Source: a virus (Duplodnaviria; Caudoviricetes). Taken from it: a stretch of DNA of 64,000 bases. The position numbers were made by a program, and so were the translations under genes. Below the pieces are notes generated by a model, which ran no database searches, was not told where the DNA came from, and saw only the letters and a list, made by a program, of their open reading frames with translations. Below are positions 9,121 through 18,784 of the stretch, in pieces; position 1 is the stretch's first letter, and each line of letters opens with the position of its first letter. The stretch covers positions 1 to 64,000 of IMG/VR virus record IMGVR_UViG_3300033463_000086; one strand, given 5' to 3'.

Positions 9121-9295
9121 GAATTAAGCGATAATCGGACAGCATAAACTTTTTAGCCAGTCTTTTAGCCACGCGAATATCTTGTACTCCGTAGTTGATA
9201 AGACGAATAGCCTGACGCTTATGCAGTCCGGTTATCTTACATACCTGCTCTGTGGTAAGTCCCATCTGAGCAACAATGTTAAACAGCTTTGTCAA
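9089..9295 (-). CDS. Small HTH protein
   Basis: 68 aa with an HTH-like pattern GLTTEQVCKITGLHKRQAIRLI. Confidence 0.5.
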   Translation of the reverse strand: MTKLFNIVAQMGLTTEQVCKITGLHKRQAIRLINYGVQDIRVAKRLAKKFMLSDYRLILENNTGGFDD

Positions 9296-9698
9296 GAGTA
9301 GCCACCGAAATTCTTATTTTTGGTGTGTCACTGTATAGCTTGAATGAATGCCTGACAGCTATTAAACTATCGTCTGCCCATAGAATCCCTGTTAAGGCGT
9401 CTTGCAGGGCTTTTCCACAGTTGTCAATGTCTGGTCTGGTAATCTTATAGACCGGACTGCCTTTGAGCGATTTTGGGGGCTTAAAATAAAAACCAAAGTG
9501 TACCTCTAATGGAATACCACTAAAAAGAGGTATGGTTTCATGTTTCAAATCCTCTGTAACGTATTCGGCAACCTGTTTCTTGAAGTTTACGACTTTTGCA
9601 GGTTGGTAGGTGGTGATATGCTTTCCGATACGGCGAACCCTTACGGATTGAACAGGGATTACCTCAAAAGGAATCTCTATTTCGTATCGAGCCATCAT
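9279..9698 (-). CDS. rusA: RusA-family Holliday junction resolvase
   Basis: Signature RPDIDNCGKALQDAL...WADDSLI. Confidence 0.9.
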   Translation of the reverse strand: MMARYEIEIPFEVIPVQSVRVRRIGKHITTYQPAKVVNFKKQVAEYVTEDLKHETIPLFSGIPLEVHFGFYFKPPKSLKGSPVYKITRPDIDNCGKALQDALTGILWADDSLIAVRHSFKLYSDTPKIRISVATLDKAV

Positions 9699-10708
9699 TC
9701 ACCCCCCATTAATTCAGACCAAAACTCGGAACCCTGCTTTTGAATCAGACCATAGTAATCACAGAGTTTGATGAAATACTTATAGTCAAATTCATCAGGA
9801 ACCAGCTCGAAGTAAGGAACACCACCAAGAGGAAGACGAACCAGTTTATCCCATAGAGCAAGTTCACCGTTCTTTTTGGCATCCTCAATCTTTTTGACAA
9901 GTAGTGATGGTTTTCCTGATGGTGTTCTGATTGTTCCGGTAAGCAGATATTCAAGCGCACGATTCTCACCGATACCTCTAACACCCGGAACCGCATCAGA
10001 GTGACACCCAGCCAATGCTTTCACGTCAGCAAATCGACTTGGATGCAGACCACGGAGCTTTGGACTGTTCATGGCTCTCGCTTCGTTGTAGACAGTAACG
10101 TTATTGCCGCCACCGTATTCCCTGACCGAAGCCATAGCCACGTTTTTTCTGATGAGCTGGATGTAATCGTTATCGTCAGAGTAGATAACAAAGTATCTGT
10201 CAGGGTAGGAATCAACAATACTGGCAATAATATCGTCACCCTCATATCCGTCAGCCTTGTAGCAGTTCTTGAAGCCGAGTTTTGGAACTACCTCAGTCTC
10301 AATGATTTTCCAGAAATACTCACACTCTTTACGGATTTGCAGGTTTTTATCCATAGCCTCCGTAGTCCTTTGGCTTGTGTGTGGCATTTCTTTTTCAGGA
10401 TTCCAGCCAGCCCGATTGTTTTTATAATCAGGATAGAGCTTACGCCTGATACTGGTTTCCCTTGAGCAGTCCCATGCAAACACTAACTTTGTGGTATTCA
10501 GTGCTTTGCAGATGAACTCGATTTTATCAAAGAAACAGTTCAGGATAGTAGCCTCACGCTCTTCCTGACTTCTTACATTAGGATAGTTTTTGTATGCCTT
10601 GAATGTAGCGTTCCAGCATACACAACGGCTGTCAACTAAAATGGTAATGCGGTCTTTCGGCATATTCAGGAAGTTGACAGCTCGTTCACGGTTCGTTAAG
10701 TTTGGCAT
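9695..10708 (-). CDS. 5'-3' exonuclease / flap endonuclease
   Basis: Motifs LVDS, AWD, YKNNR, EGDDIIAS, SDDNDYIQL and the H3TH motif SDAVPGVRGIGENRA. Confidence 0.9.
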   Translation of the reverse strand: MPNLTNRERAVNFLNMPKDRITILVDSRCVCWNATFKAYKNYPNVRSQEEREATILNCFFDKIEFICKALNTTKLVFAWDCSRETSIRRKLYPDYKNNRAGWNPEKEMPHTSQRTTEAMDKNLQIRKECEYFWKIIETEVVPKLGFKNCYKADGYEGDDIIASIVDSYPDRYFVIYSDDNDYIQLIRKNVAMASVREYGGGNNVTVYNEARAMNSPKLRGLHPSRFADVKALAGCHSDAVPGVRGIGENRALEYLLTGTIRTPSGKPSLLVKKIEDAKKNGELALWDKLVRLPLGGVPYFELVPDEFDYKYFIKLCDYYGLIQKQGSEFWSELMGGE

Positions 10709-11018
10709 CTATAATAGCTCTCCTACAGTAATCTATGGAGCGTTGCATTTTTCTTGATACACGTTCGGCGTTATTTAGAGTTACGTTAGGGACTTGTACG
10801 GTACATTCAACGTAGGCTCTATCTCGTCCTTCGCTGATATTCATGGCGTAACACCAAGCCTCATCCGTAAGCCCTGAACGTTTCCTGAAATCCAAGTAAG
10901 CCCTATTCCTCACGACCATTTCCTTGTAGTCGGCTACGGTCATGTTTGATTCAGGAATGTCGGACAGGTTGATTGTAAAGGAATCGTCTTCGGGGTTCTC
11001 TAAATAACGCTTCTTCAT
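10686..11018 (-). CDS. Hypothetical protein
   Basis: 110-aa ORF in operon context. Confidence 0.55.
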   Translation of the reverse strand: MKKRYLENPEDDSFTINLSDIPESNMTVADYKEMVVRNRAYLDFRKRSGLTDEAWCYAMNISEGRDRAYVECTVQVPNVTLNNAERVSRKMQRSIDYCRRAIIDAKLNEP

Positions 11019-11020
11019 GT

Positions 11021-11218
11021 TCAGAAATCCGGTAGACGTGCTTCACCTGCGTGTTGCAAGTCATATACGTGTTGTTCACAGATTGAATCCACCTTTTCGA
11101 TAAGTTCCTTGATGGATTCTTCGTATTCAGGCTTAACCTCATCCTCGTTGAGTTTGACTTCAAGAGCTATGGATTCGTAAGCCTTGGTCTGCATGGTTCG
11201 TCTGTAAGAAATTTCCAT
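11021..11218 (-). CDS. Hypothetical protein
   Basis: 65-aa ORF abutting neighbours. Confidence 0.5.
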   Translation of the reverse strand: MEISYRRTMQTKAYESIALEVKLNEDEVKPEYEESIKELIEKVDSICEQHVYDLQHAGEARLPDF

Positions 11219-11271
11219 TGTGGTTTACCTTATTGGGGTGGTGGTTGTTATGCCACCACCCCTTGTTTTTG

Positions 11272-12309
11272 TTAAGCGTCAATATCGAAGTCACCAAGCT
11301 CGAAGTCATCGCTCTGCTGAACTTCCTCTTCCGTGGCAAATCCAGTCTGCGGCGGTTCATCAGCGGCTTTGGTATCAAGGGTTTCGACCTCTTCCCTCGT
11401 GCTGACAGGACGCTCAATACCAGTAGATGCCGCCTCTTCAACAGCGATTTCCACATCAGGCTGTGTCGTAACCTCTTCCTGTTTGGGAGCCGCAACATTA
11501 ACCGGACGCTCATCAATCAGGGCGTACAGTTCCTCGTAAGACGGAGCATCAGGAATCAGCAGGTCGAGGTCAGCCACATAATCAAAGAGCTGTTCAGGAA
11601 GCATCTTGGACGTAGAAAGGTCGAGCTTCACATCAAGCAACTGCATCATCTGCTTGGACTTCGGGTTGGTAGCAACAGCCGGAGCCATGCCGAACCGAGC
11701 AGTGAACCAGTAACCAAGTTCAATGTCGGAGTAGCTGTAAATTTTATCAGCTTCTTTCGGCTTGAACTGCTCTTCTGCTTTCAGAGCTTTGTCGAAAATG
11801 GGAATGAAGTAGAACTCGGTGCATTTGACAACACGAGGAACAACCTTCACACTGCCACTTTCCGTAGGAGTTTTGAAGACGGCATTGAACAGAAGCATCT
11901 TTTTGGGTCTGAGCTTGCTGTACGGAGACTGATTTGTCTTGTCGTTCTTGATTTCATCCCAATGCGCCGCAACAGTTTCGCACAGGGGGCATTTCTTGCC
12001 GTAAGTGGTCGGACACACAACTGTACGACCATCCGGCAGGTTATGGGTCTTGTAGCGTCTGAAAGCACTGAACTCACCGGGTTTCGTGCCACCTGCATTG
12101 ACAGCCTTTGTGGTCTGGAAGTCAACGATACGCATGATAGCCTCTTCCGGTTTGTCATTCTGAGGCCACCAGAGCTTCACACCTTTCGGGAGTGTACTGG
12201 TGTTAAGAATCTCCCTGAAATTGCCAGTGAGGACAGCTTTTGCCGCCGCCACTCGTGCATCGTGAGATTCGCGCATACGTTTGATGTCAGCCATTGTGAA
12301 ATTGCTCAT
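11272..12309 (-). CDS. ssb: Single-stranded DNA-binding protein (T4 gp32-like)
   Basis: Zn motif H...CPTTYGKKCPLCE, acidic/aromatic C-terminal tail DDFELGDFDIDA, 345 aa, strong RBS. Confidence 0.75.
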   Translation of the reverse strand: MSNFTMADIKRMRESHDARVAAAKAVLTGNFREILNTSTLPKGVKLWWPQNDKPEEAIMRIVDFQTTKAVNAGGTKPGEFSAFRRYKTHNLPDGRTVVCPTTYGKKCPLCETVAAHWDEIKNDKTNQSPYSKLRPKKMLLFNAVFKTPTESGSVKVVPRVVKCTEFYFIPIFDKALKAEEQFKPKEADKIYSYSDIELGYWFTARFGMAPAVATNPKSKQMMQLLDVKLDLSTSKMLPEQLFDYVADLDLLIPDAPSYEELYALIDERPVNVAAPKQEEVTTQPDVEIAVEEAASTGIERPVSTREEVETLDTKAADEPPQTGFATEEEVQQSDDFELGDFDIDA

Positions 12310-12326
12310 AGTCTTCTCCTTTGGGA

Positions 12327-12659
12327 TTAGTTATTGTTGTGGTCAAGGAACATATCACGTGCGAAACCAAGCTCAACTTTGTAACAATCGAGCCTTGCCT
12401 GTGCTTCAAGAACCTTAGCGTTGAGTTCAGCAAACTCACTGATGGTCATGCTTCTGATGCACTCTTCGGAGTATTTAGCACCGAGTAGCTTTTCCTTGTA
12501 AAGTTCGGTACGCTTTCCGTGGCGCGCACTGTCATAGGCGGCAGTAAGGTTTGCCAACTCGATTCTTGCGTTTTCGTAGTTGCTCATAGCTTTTGCGTAG
12601 TTGCATTTGAGCAGGTTCTTGTCGTTCAGTTCGATTGCAGATTCCATAGCATCTGTCAT
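12327..12659 (-). CDS. Helical protein, possibly UvsY-like recombination mediator
   Basis: 110-aa all-helical ORF next to the SSB; resemblance is weak. Confidence 0.35.
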   Translation of the reverse strand: MTDAMESAIELNDKNLLKCNYAKAMSNYENARIELANLTAAYDSARHGKRTELYKEKLLGAKYSEECIRSMTISEFAELNAKVLEAQARLDCYKVELGFARDMFLDHNNN

Positions 12660-12697
12660 TGTGGTTCTCCTCTATTGGGGTTGTGGGCTGCTTTAAG

Positions 12698-12730
12698 TAT
12701 AATATAGCACACTTAAAGCAAAAATCAAGC
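12698..12730 (-). promoter_or_regulatory. Sigma70-type promoter (TTGATT-N16-TATATT, extended -10)
   Basis: Member of a repeated motif, + strand TATAATATAGCAC...TCAAGC; -10 flanked by a 10-bp inverted repeat. Confidence 0.75.
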
Positions 12731-12754
12731 GAAAATCAATAAAAAGTTGAAAAT

Positions 12755-14080
12755 TTATTCAGGTAAATCTCGAAAACCCTTGAAAATTGGGAATCTGAGG
12801 GAAGGTTTGCCTGTTGCATCGGTTGTTTCCTCGAAGTATTTCACGGTTATCTTGCGTCCGAGGTACTTATCAGGGTTGTTATAAAGGTCAATCCTAAGCT
12901 CGTCAGAAAGCCCACTGCCAACAGCTACAGGATTACCCTTATAACGAATAACCATAGCCCCAGCCAGTTTCGTTTCTTCCATCTGACCCGTTTTGACATT
13001 GAGGATATTCTTGGTGGTTCCTGTAATGTCCTCAATAATAAACTCGTCATCTGTGAACTTCTTGACCTTCAGCAAATCAGCAGTACGACCAGACTGATAT
13101 GGAGCATCAGCACGAAGAATCAGACCCTCCCATCCCTTACGTTCGACAAGCTGAGTTGCCTTATCGAAGTTCTCAGGTGTATACTTACAATGTCCAATCA
13201 CGCTGAACTTAGAGCTTGTGAAATTCTGAAACATGAACTCCAAAGCATTTAATCTCAGGCGGTAGGGTCTGTCTGATTTGATACCCAAGAACTCCTCCGG
13301 GGTAAGCATATCGAACATCTTGTAGTGCGGTTTGAGCATTGTCTCGTGCCGTCTGATTTCCGATACTGCCTGTTTGAAGTTCTCCTTGTTATTCTCGTCA
13401 ATGACACAAAGCTCACCATCGAGATAACAGGAAGTGCCGAATCTCTTGAACACAGGCAACAGAGCCTCACGAAGTAACTCCAAAGAAGTATAAGGATGCC
13501 CGATACGAGAGAAGAAGTTGACTGCATTTGTGCTTGCCTTATACTCACAAATCAACCTTACTCCGTCCAGTTTACGTGTGATGATATAGGGGGTTGTTTC
13601 GACACGCTTGCTGAAGGTAGGGCTTTTATGAATATCGTGAGCTAAAGCAACCTCAAACACAGGTATCTTCAAGTCCATACAGGCATTGATAGTCTTGGTG
13701 TCTGCTCCGATTTTCAGGTCTTTATCGAAAATCTTATACAGCACATCTTCGTATTCATTACCTGCCTGACGAATGAAACTGGCACAGTAATCAAGAGCCT
13801 CGTTACCACTAAGCGCACGAGAAGCCAAGCGTTGTAGAATGTAGACCAAGCTCGTATCGTTGCTCATGGTGATTGACGGTGTGAACTTTCTGATTGAGTT
13901 GGAAGTAACACCGAGCGTAGTCATTGGGTTATACAAGATGGACAGAAGCTCACGTACTACTCCGTTTTTCGAGTAATACTTCAAGCATTCTTTCTTGTGG
14001 CTTTGCTTGTTGCTCGTGTTCATGGCACTCACAAACTGCTTGATAATTGGTAAAGTTTGCATGATATTTAATCCTATCAA
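12755..14080 (-). CDS. ATP-dependent DNA ligase
   Basis: Motif I KLDGVR, motif III YLDGEL, motif IV EGLILR, motif V LLKVK, C-terminal OB fold with SLRFPIF. Confidence 0.93.
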   Translation of the reverse strand: MIGLNIMQTLPIIKQFVSAMNTSNKQSHKKECLKYYSKNGVVRELLSILYNPMTTLGVTSNSIRKFTPSITMSNDTSLVYILQRLASRALSGNEALDYCASFIRQAGNEYEDVLYKIFDKDLKIGADTKTINACMDLKIPVFEVALAHDIHKSPTFSKRVETTPYIITRKLDGVRLICEYKASTNAVNFFSRIGHPYTSLELLREALLPVFKRFGTSCYLDGELCVIDENNKENFKQAVSEIRRHETMLKPHYKMFDMLTPEEFLGIKSDRPYRLRLNALEFMFQNFTSSKFSVIGHCKYTPENFDKATQLVERKGWEGLILRADAPYQSGRTADLLKVKKFTDDEFIIEDITGTTKNILNVKTGQMEETKLAGAMVIRYKGNPVAVGSGLSDELRIDLYNNPDKYLGRKITVKYFEETTDATGKPSLRFPIFKGFRDLPE

Positions 14081-14396
14081 AGTTGTCGCATACGATTACT
14101 TGGTCTTCATAACTCAGGCGTTTCACTACGTCAAATAATGAAAGCAAATACCTGACCAAGAAGTTTACATTATAATCGTTTGCAGTTAGTTGTTCGTTGA
14201 GTTGTTTTCTTGTTGTATTGACGTTTGAGTTGGTGAAATGTGACAGGAAATCAAGGTCGTGTGCCATAAGCAACCTTCTGTCCACCGAGTAGTTGATTTC
14301 GTTGCAAGTATCACATAGAAAATCAATTAGCTTGGTAGGATAGCGTTTCTTTACGGCACACAACATATCTATCGGGTCATAAAACAGAACTTCCAT
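13950..14396 (-). CDS. Hypothetical protein
   Basis: 148-aa ORF overlapping the 5' end of the ligase gene. Confidence 0.45.
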   Translation of the reverse strand: MEVLFYDPIDMLCAVKKRYPTKLIDFLCDTCNEINYSVDRRLLMAHDLDFLSHFTNSNVNTTRKQLNEQLTANDYNVNFLVRYLLSLFDVVKRLSYEDQVIVCDNFDRIKYHANFTNYQAVCECHEHEQQAKPQERMLEVLLEKRSST

Positions 14397-15060
14397 TTTT
14401 CTTCATAAGTTCTATTTTGTGGTTGAGATACCAGACCGCTTTTTCCAAGTCCTCAACCGCATCACCCTTCTTCCCTGCTCTGAGGATATATTTGAGTGCG
14501 TTACCGACTGAGAAATCGTACTTGTCGGTAATCTCAATGACCTCAAGACCGAAGGGTGTGTCGGTGTAGTGTTTGGGGTGATTCACTGCATCGGCTTTAG
14601 ACAGGGCATGTTTCGGCTTCGGGCAATCCAAATAGGACGGATAGTTTTTGGTCGGTACTTCTTTAGCCAACTCAGCAATCGTTTTAACATTTGTGGTAGC
14701 TTTCTCCATAACTGCTGGCTTGTCATTCTCAAACTTATCCGAGGTAATTTCCGCAGGGACAGTAAAGTTGTGGTCATCCAAGTAGAAATCACCATACACC
14801 TTACGTGGATTGTTCTGCCATTCTGCTTTAAGGCGGTCGAGATTATCGTTGACGGCATCAGGTTTAAGTCCGATACTTGTCAACCAATCCAAAGCCTCTT
14901 TCAGCCTGTCTCCTTCTCGCATCGTCCAAAGAATCCACTCGTTATGAGGAGAGTTTTGAACGTATTTCCGCAAGAAGTCCGTATTGCGTTTGATTTCCTT
15001 ACCAATGGCAGGGAACTTATTTTCACACAACGTACCGTCAAAATCAACAACAAAAATCAT
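14377..15060 (-). CDS. HAD-superfamily hydrolase fused to a DUF3310-like domain
   Basis: N-terminal VVDFDGTLCE, WTMR and YLDD (HAD motifs); C-terminal DAVNHPKHY...GNALKYILRAGKKG...EDLEKAVWYL. Start moved to the ATG overlapping the upstream TAA. Confidence 0.8.
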   Translation of the reverse strand: MIFVVDFDGTLCENKFPAIGKEIKRNTDFLRKYVQNSPHNEWILWTMREGDRLKEALDWLTSIGLKPDAVNDNLDRLKAEWQNNPRKVYGDFYLDDHNFTVPAEITSDKFENDKPAVMEKATTNVKTIAELAKEVPTKNYPSYLDCPKPKHALSKADAVNHPKHYTDTPFGLEVIEITDKYDFSVGNALKYILRAGKKGDAVEDLEKAVWYLNHKIELMKKNGSSVL

Positions 15061-16013
15061 TATTTCACCTCGAACGCACAGGCAAGCATATACGTCAGAC
15101 CACACTTACCTGCATTGAAGAAAGGATTAAGGAAACACTCTGCAATACGAACCATACGCGCTCTGTCTGTGGCGGATTTGGAGTTCATCATGCAAGCGTT
15201 GAGATAGCCAAGAATAGCCATACGGACTGTTTCTTCCTGTCCACTGTACGCTTTCAGGAACGATACGATTTCTTCCCATGTACCTCTTTTGCTTACGATT
15301 GACTTGCAAAGAGCGCGTGTATCGGCTTCAAGTTTTTCACCTGTACCACTCTGCATCTCAATAGCCTTATCAACGTTACCGCCATTGAGTGCATAGTTTT
15401 CAAGAATCTGCAACGATACTCTGGCAGACGATTCAGAGTTCAATGCAATCTTCTTCATAGCCTCATCGTCAATCTTAATCCCGGTCTTTTCAACAACACG
15501 ACCAAGATTCTTATAGATGGCAGACGGAGTTAAAGGCTTGATTGGCAGAACCTTACAACGGCTCTTCAATGCTTTAGGCATCTTGGAAGCATCGGTCGTA
15601 CAGAAGAAAACAAACGTGCATGGCGGAACCTCTTCACAATTCCGCAACAGAGCCTCGAAACAGATGGGAGTAAGACCCTGCATTTCGTCAATAATATAGA
15701 CCCTGCCCTTAGAGGTTCTTGTCATAGGATAAGTACCCCACATGTCAACAAAGGCTCTGATATTATCAATAGAACGGTCTTTACTGGCATCGAGAATCTG
15801 CACATCACCGAGTGAGGCATTACAACCAATCGCTTTAGCAAACACGTAAGCGGCTGTCGTTTTGCCACATCCAAACTGTCCTTCAAGCAGAAAGACCCTC
15901 GGCTGTGTTTTATCATCTGTGTGTTCTGCGACATGTTTCAGGATTGCCACAGCTTCATCCTGACCTACAATTTCGTCAAAGGTGGTAGGTCTCATTTCGT
16001 TGTATAATGACAT
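15060..16013 (-). CDS. dnaX: AAA+ clamp-loader subunit (DnaX gamma/tau-like)
   Basis: MSLYNEMRPTTFDEIVGQ, Walker A GQFGCGKTT, Walker B YIIDE and SRC motif (LKSRC). Confidence 0.88.
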   Translation of the reverse strand: MSLYNEMRPTTFDEIVGQDEAVAILKHVAEHTDDKTQPRVFLLEGQFGCGKTTAAYVFAKAIGCNASLGDVQILDASKDRSIDNIRAFVDMWGTYPMTRTSKGRVYIIDEMQGLTPICFEALLRNCEEVPPCTFVFFCTTDASKMPKALKSRCKVLPIKPLTPSAIYKNLGRVVEKTGIKIDDEAMKKIALNSESSARVSLQILENYALNGGNVDKAIEMQSGTGEKLEADTRALCKSIVSKRGTWEEIVSFLKAYSGQEETVRMAILGYLNACMMNSKSATDRARMVRIAECFLNPFFNAGKCGLTYMLACAFEVK

Positions 16014-16023
16014 TTACGTCTCC

Positions 16024-17388
16024 TTATGAATGTTTGATTTCGCCCATTTCTTCAAGGTCAGCCCAAGAAGCACCGGGTTTGCCTAAGTCAGCTTCAACGG
16101 CAATAGGATAAACAATCCATGACCATTCTTTTCTGACCTCGGCTTGACTTTCGATGTAAAGGTCGCAGATTGTCTGATACTCGTTAGGAACAATATCCAT
16201 AACGGCTGAATCGTGAATCTGCCCGATAATAAGTGATTTGAGTTTGTACTTGATGAACTTGCGCTGAAGGTGAATCAGTGTGTTAAGCAGTACATGGAAA
16301 GCCGAACCCTGAACTACGGTGTTGATAGCCTGTGTTTTAGCCATCTTCATCGTAACCCTGAATCCTGTAGGGTAGTCAAGATAACCCTGCTTCTTGTATA
16401 GCTCCCACTGCTTTTCCTTCCATTCACCGTAGAACTTGAACAGGTCAAACCAGAACCATTCGTATTCCTTTTGAGTGTGGGTCAGCATATCGTCAAACGT
16501 ATTGATTCCACGCTGTTTAAGGTGTTCGAGGATTGGCTGTCCTGTTCCTGTGTTCGGGTTGTCCTCTGTAACGAAGTCCCAAAGGTTACGCGCCATTGAT
16601 TCAAACCCTGCACCGTAAAACCCTGCAAAGACGAATCTGCCTTTAACGGATTTACGTAGAGCTTTGCACATTTCGTTGTCTTGGAGCATGTAATAGTGCT
16701 TTTCGACCTCACTGTGCATATCGGCGTTCGGGTCTGACAGGAAACGTAACATATTCGGGTCATGGTGAATCGAGCAACCACAGGAAACCTCATTGGCACG
16801 TAAGTCAAGTTCCACCAAGCATCTGTCTTTAGAGCGAGGTAAGAAACCTGTACGAACAATGTGTTTCTGGAAGTCGTTGTTCTTAGGCATCTGTTGTAGG
16901 TTCGGGTTGACACAGCTTGAGCGATAGGTACGTACTGTATGAAGCATAAACTCAGGGTGGATAAAACCGTTCTCATCCACTTCCTGAATAGACTTGCTGA
17001 TAATGCTCTGCCACAGGATTTTGAGTTGGCTTCGCTTCAAGAGCAGACTTGATTCCTCATAAGGCAGTTTTTCAATAACCGACTTGTCTACGGAATCATT
17101 ACCTTTCTCTGTCTTGCGGAACTTATCAAAACCACTGGCTTGCAGTACGTTACGGATTTGTGAAGAGCTGTCAATATCGGCTTTGTAACCGTACTTGCTC
17201 AACCATAACTGCCCCAATTTAGTCTCATTAAGAAACTTATCTTTGAGGTTATCGCACTCTTTGATAATCGTTTCCCTCTGAGATTGAAGGTAAGGAACGT
17301 CAATATACATGCCGTTATTGCTGACCTGTGTAAGAACGTCCTCACCTTGCATCAGGAGCTTAAATGCCTCTGGTGTACGTGGAATCAT
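16024..17388 (-). CDS. polA: Family A DNA polymerase, polymerase domain
   Basis: RSSCVNPNLQQMP, motif A ELDLRANEV, motif B RKSVKGRFVFAGFYG, AINTVVQGSA, motif C QIHDS. Confidence 0.92.
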   Translation of the reverse strand: MIPRTPEAFKLLMQGEDVLTQVSNNGMYIDVPYLQSQRETIIKECDNLKDKFLNETKLGQLWLSKYGYKADIDSSSQIRNVLQASGFDKFRKTEKGNDSVDKSVIEKLPYEESSLLLKRSQLKILWQSIISKSIQEVDENGFIHPEFMLHTVRTYRSSCVNPNLQQMPKNNDFQKHIVRTGFLPRSKDRCLVELDLRANEVSCGCSIHHDPNMLRFLSDPNADMHSEVEKHYYMLQDNEMCKALRKSVKGRFVFAGFYGAGFESMARNLWDFVTEDNPNTGTGQPILEHLKQRGINTFDDMLTHTQKEYEWFWFDLFKFYGEWKEKQWELYKKQGYLDYPTGFRVTMKMAKTQAINTVVQGSAFHVLLNTLIHLQRKFIKYKLKSLIIGQIHDSAVMDIVPNEYQTICDLYIESQAEVRKEWSWIVYPIAVEADLGKPGASWADLEEMGEIKHS

Positions 17389-17561
17389 TTATACCTCTCA
17401 GTTCCGTATGGTGGTCTGACAATCGGAATAGTTACCTGATGAAGAATCTCACCGTACTTGTCTATAATTGCTTCGGCATACTCAGGTTGTCGTTCGGTTT
17501 CCCTTACAGCATCACAAAGTATGCTAAAAGCCTCTCCAAAGTCTACTACCTCGATTGTCAT
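17385..17561 (-). CDS. Small 58-aa ORF between the two polymerase halves (below the ORF-track cut-off)
   Basis: Hand translation gives MTIEVVDFGEAFSILCDAVRETERQPEYAEAIIDKYGEILHQVTIPIVRPPYGTERYK; ATGA overlaps at both ends. Confidence 0.7.
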   Translation of the reverse strand: MTIEVVDFGEAFSILCDAVRETERQPEYAEAIIDKYGEILHQVTIPIVRPPYGTERYK

Positions 17562-18784
17562 TCTTCAATCTCCGGGAATGTTTCGTAGAAGTGTTTAAGT
17601 TGGTCAAGAAGTACGATTGCAGTGCGGTACTCAACCAAAGAATCTATTGCATTATAGGTCAGCAATATCCTCTTCGGTATGCGATGAATTGTGTTGATTG
17701 CATAAGTGCCGTACTGTTTAATATCTTTGTCGCTGGGTTTCAATTCAGCTTCAACGTTAGCGTTCCAAACCGTAGTACCAATGAAGATAGGTGCTAAGAA
17801 CTTAATTGACAGACCGCCCATATCTCTGTTATCCAAGGCATGAGCAAGAAGCATGGTGTCGATATTCAGCAGAGCCGGATTCGTACCAAGTTTCACAATA
17901 CTCCAAAGCCTCTCGAAGTGTGAGTTGTGTGCAATTTTTAGAATGTGTGTCGTTCTGAGCCACTCCGTAAATTTTGGAATCGTATTAGAATCCAACATAA
18001 AGGCGTAACTCAAATCACTGTTCTCGCAAATAGACACAGACCACAGCTTCGAGTTATGGTTGTAGGGGCGTAAGCAGTTTGTCTCATAGTCGAAAGCACT
18101 CATACGGCGTTTTGGATTCTTTATCATTTCGTCCATAACGCTGACAGCATCCGAATCCGTAAGAATCTTGACGCACTCGGTTTCTTCCTTCCAAATGCGC
18201 CGAGGTTCTTTCAGGCTGTCAAGGGCGATTTTAATATCTCGTTTAATGAGCAAATCGTCTATACTGTCCGGTCTGTTGCCTTTCACGTTAGAGTGTGGAG
18301 TAAAAGTTGACATGATGTTACACTCAAACTCCCTGCTGTTGTGGAGCAAACCGTGAACAGCTTGACAGGATGCGTCTTTTTCGACAACTCTGCTGAACAG
18401 TACCTTTGCAGACAAATCACCGAAAGCTATGATAAGGTTTGGTTTGAGCTTCTTGATTGTCTGTTTCAGGTAAGGAAAACAGCATTGTGCCTGTGTAGCC
18501 GTAATTGTGTTTCCGTAGCAAGCCACCGTTGATGTAACCCAGCAATCCAAGGAGATGTCAACACCGTAAGAGGCTAACACGTCCTTAATCCAACTGAACC
18601 TGTCCCCAATAGCATACGTCTTGCTTGTCTGCTGAATCGGGTCTTGTTTTTCAAGTAGGATAAGGATGCGTTTCTTTCCCTCACCGTATAACATCAGCTT
18701 GGAGTTCTTGATTAGGTGGCATGACGCACAGTTAGGCTCGTCATACTCAACCCTGCTCATAGATGCTGGCATTACAATTTTCAT
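17558..18784 (-). CDS. UDG-like domain plus 3'-5' proofreading exonuclease (N-terminal part of the split PolA)
   Basis: N-terminal CASCHL, VTSTVAC and KPNLIIAFG (family-4 UDG-like); C-terminal Exo I FDYET, Exo II HNSHFE, Exo III YNAIDS. Confidence 0.85.
   Translation of the reverse strand: MKIVMPASMSRVEYDEPNCASCHLIKNSKLMLYGEGKKRILILLEKQDPIQQTSKTYAIGDRFSWIKDVLASYGVDISLDCWVTSTVACYGNTITATQAQCCFPYLKQTIKKLKPNLIIAFGDLSAKVLFSRVVEKDASCQAVHGLLHNSREFECNIMSTFTPHSNVKGNRPDSIDDLLIKRDIKIALDSLKEPRRIWKEETECVKILTDSDAVSVMDEMIKNPKRRMSAFDYETNCLRPYNHNSKLWSVSICENSDLSYAFMLDSNTIPKFTEWLRTTHILKIAHNSHFERLWSIVKLGTNPALLNIDTMLLAHALDNRDMGGLSIKFLAPIFIGTTVWNANVEAELKPSDKDIKQYGTYAINTIHRIPKRILLTYNAIDSLVEYRTAIVLLDQLKHFYETFPEIEE

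Noticed and set aside
11235-11262. Hairpin after ssb as a - strand terminator
   Set aside because: The 10-bp stem is real, but the U-tract is on the + strand; it more likely stabilises mRNA or blocks antisense transcription, and is unremarkable.
11220-12330. Long + strand ORFs antisense to real genes (e.g. 11218..12330, 19279..19971, 45614..46174, 46223..46876, 48006..48704; - strand 58749..59960 and 60638..62026)
   Set aside because: They mirror motif-bearing genes on the opposite strand and lack RBS or recognisable motifs; shadow ORFs from biased codon usage.
17385-17561. Group I intron or intein splitting the DNA polymerase
   Set aside because: The gap is only ~170 bp, is fully occupied by a translationally coupled ORF, and shows no intron core or intein terminal motifs.
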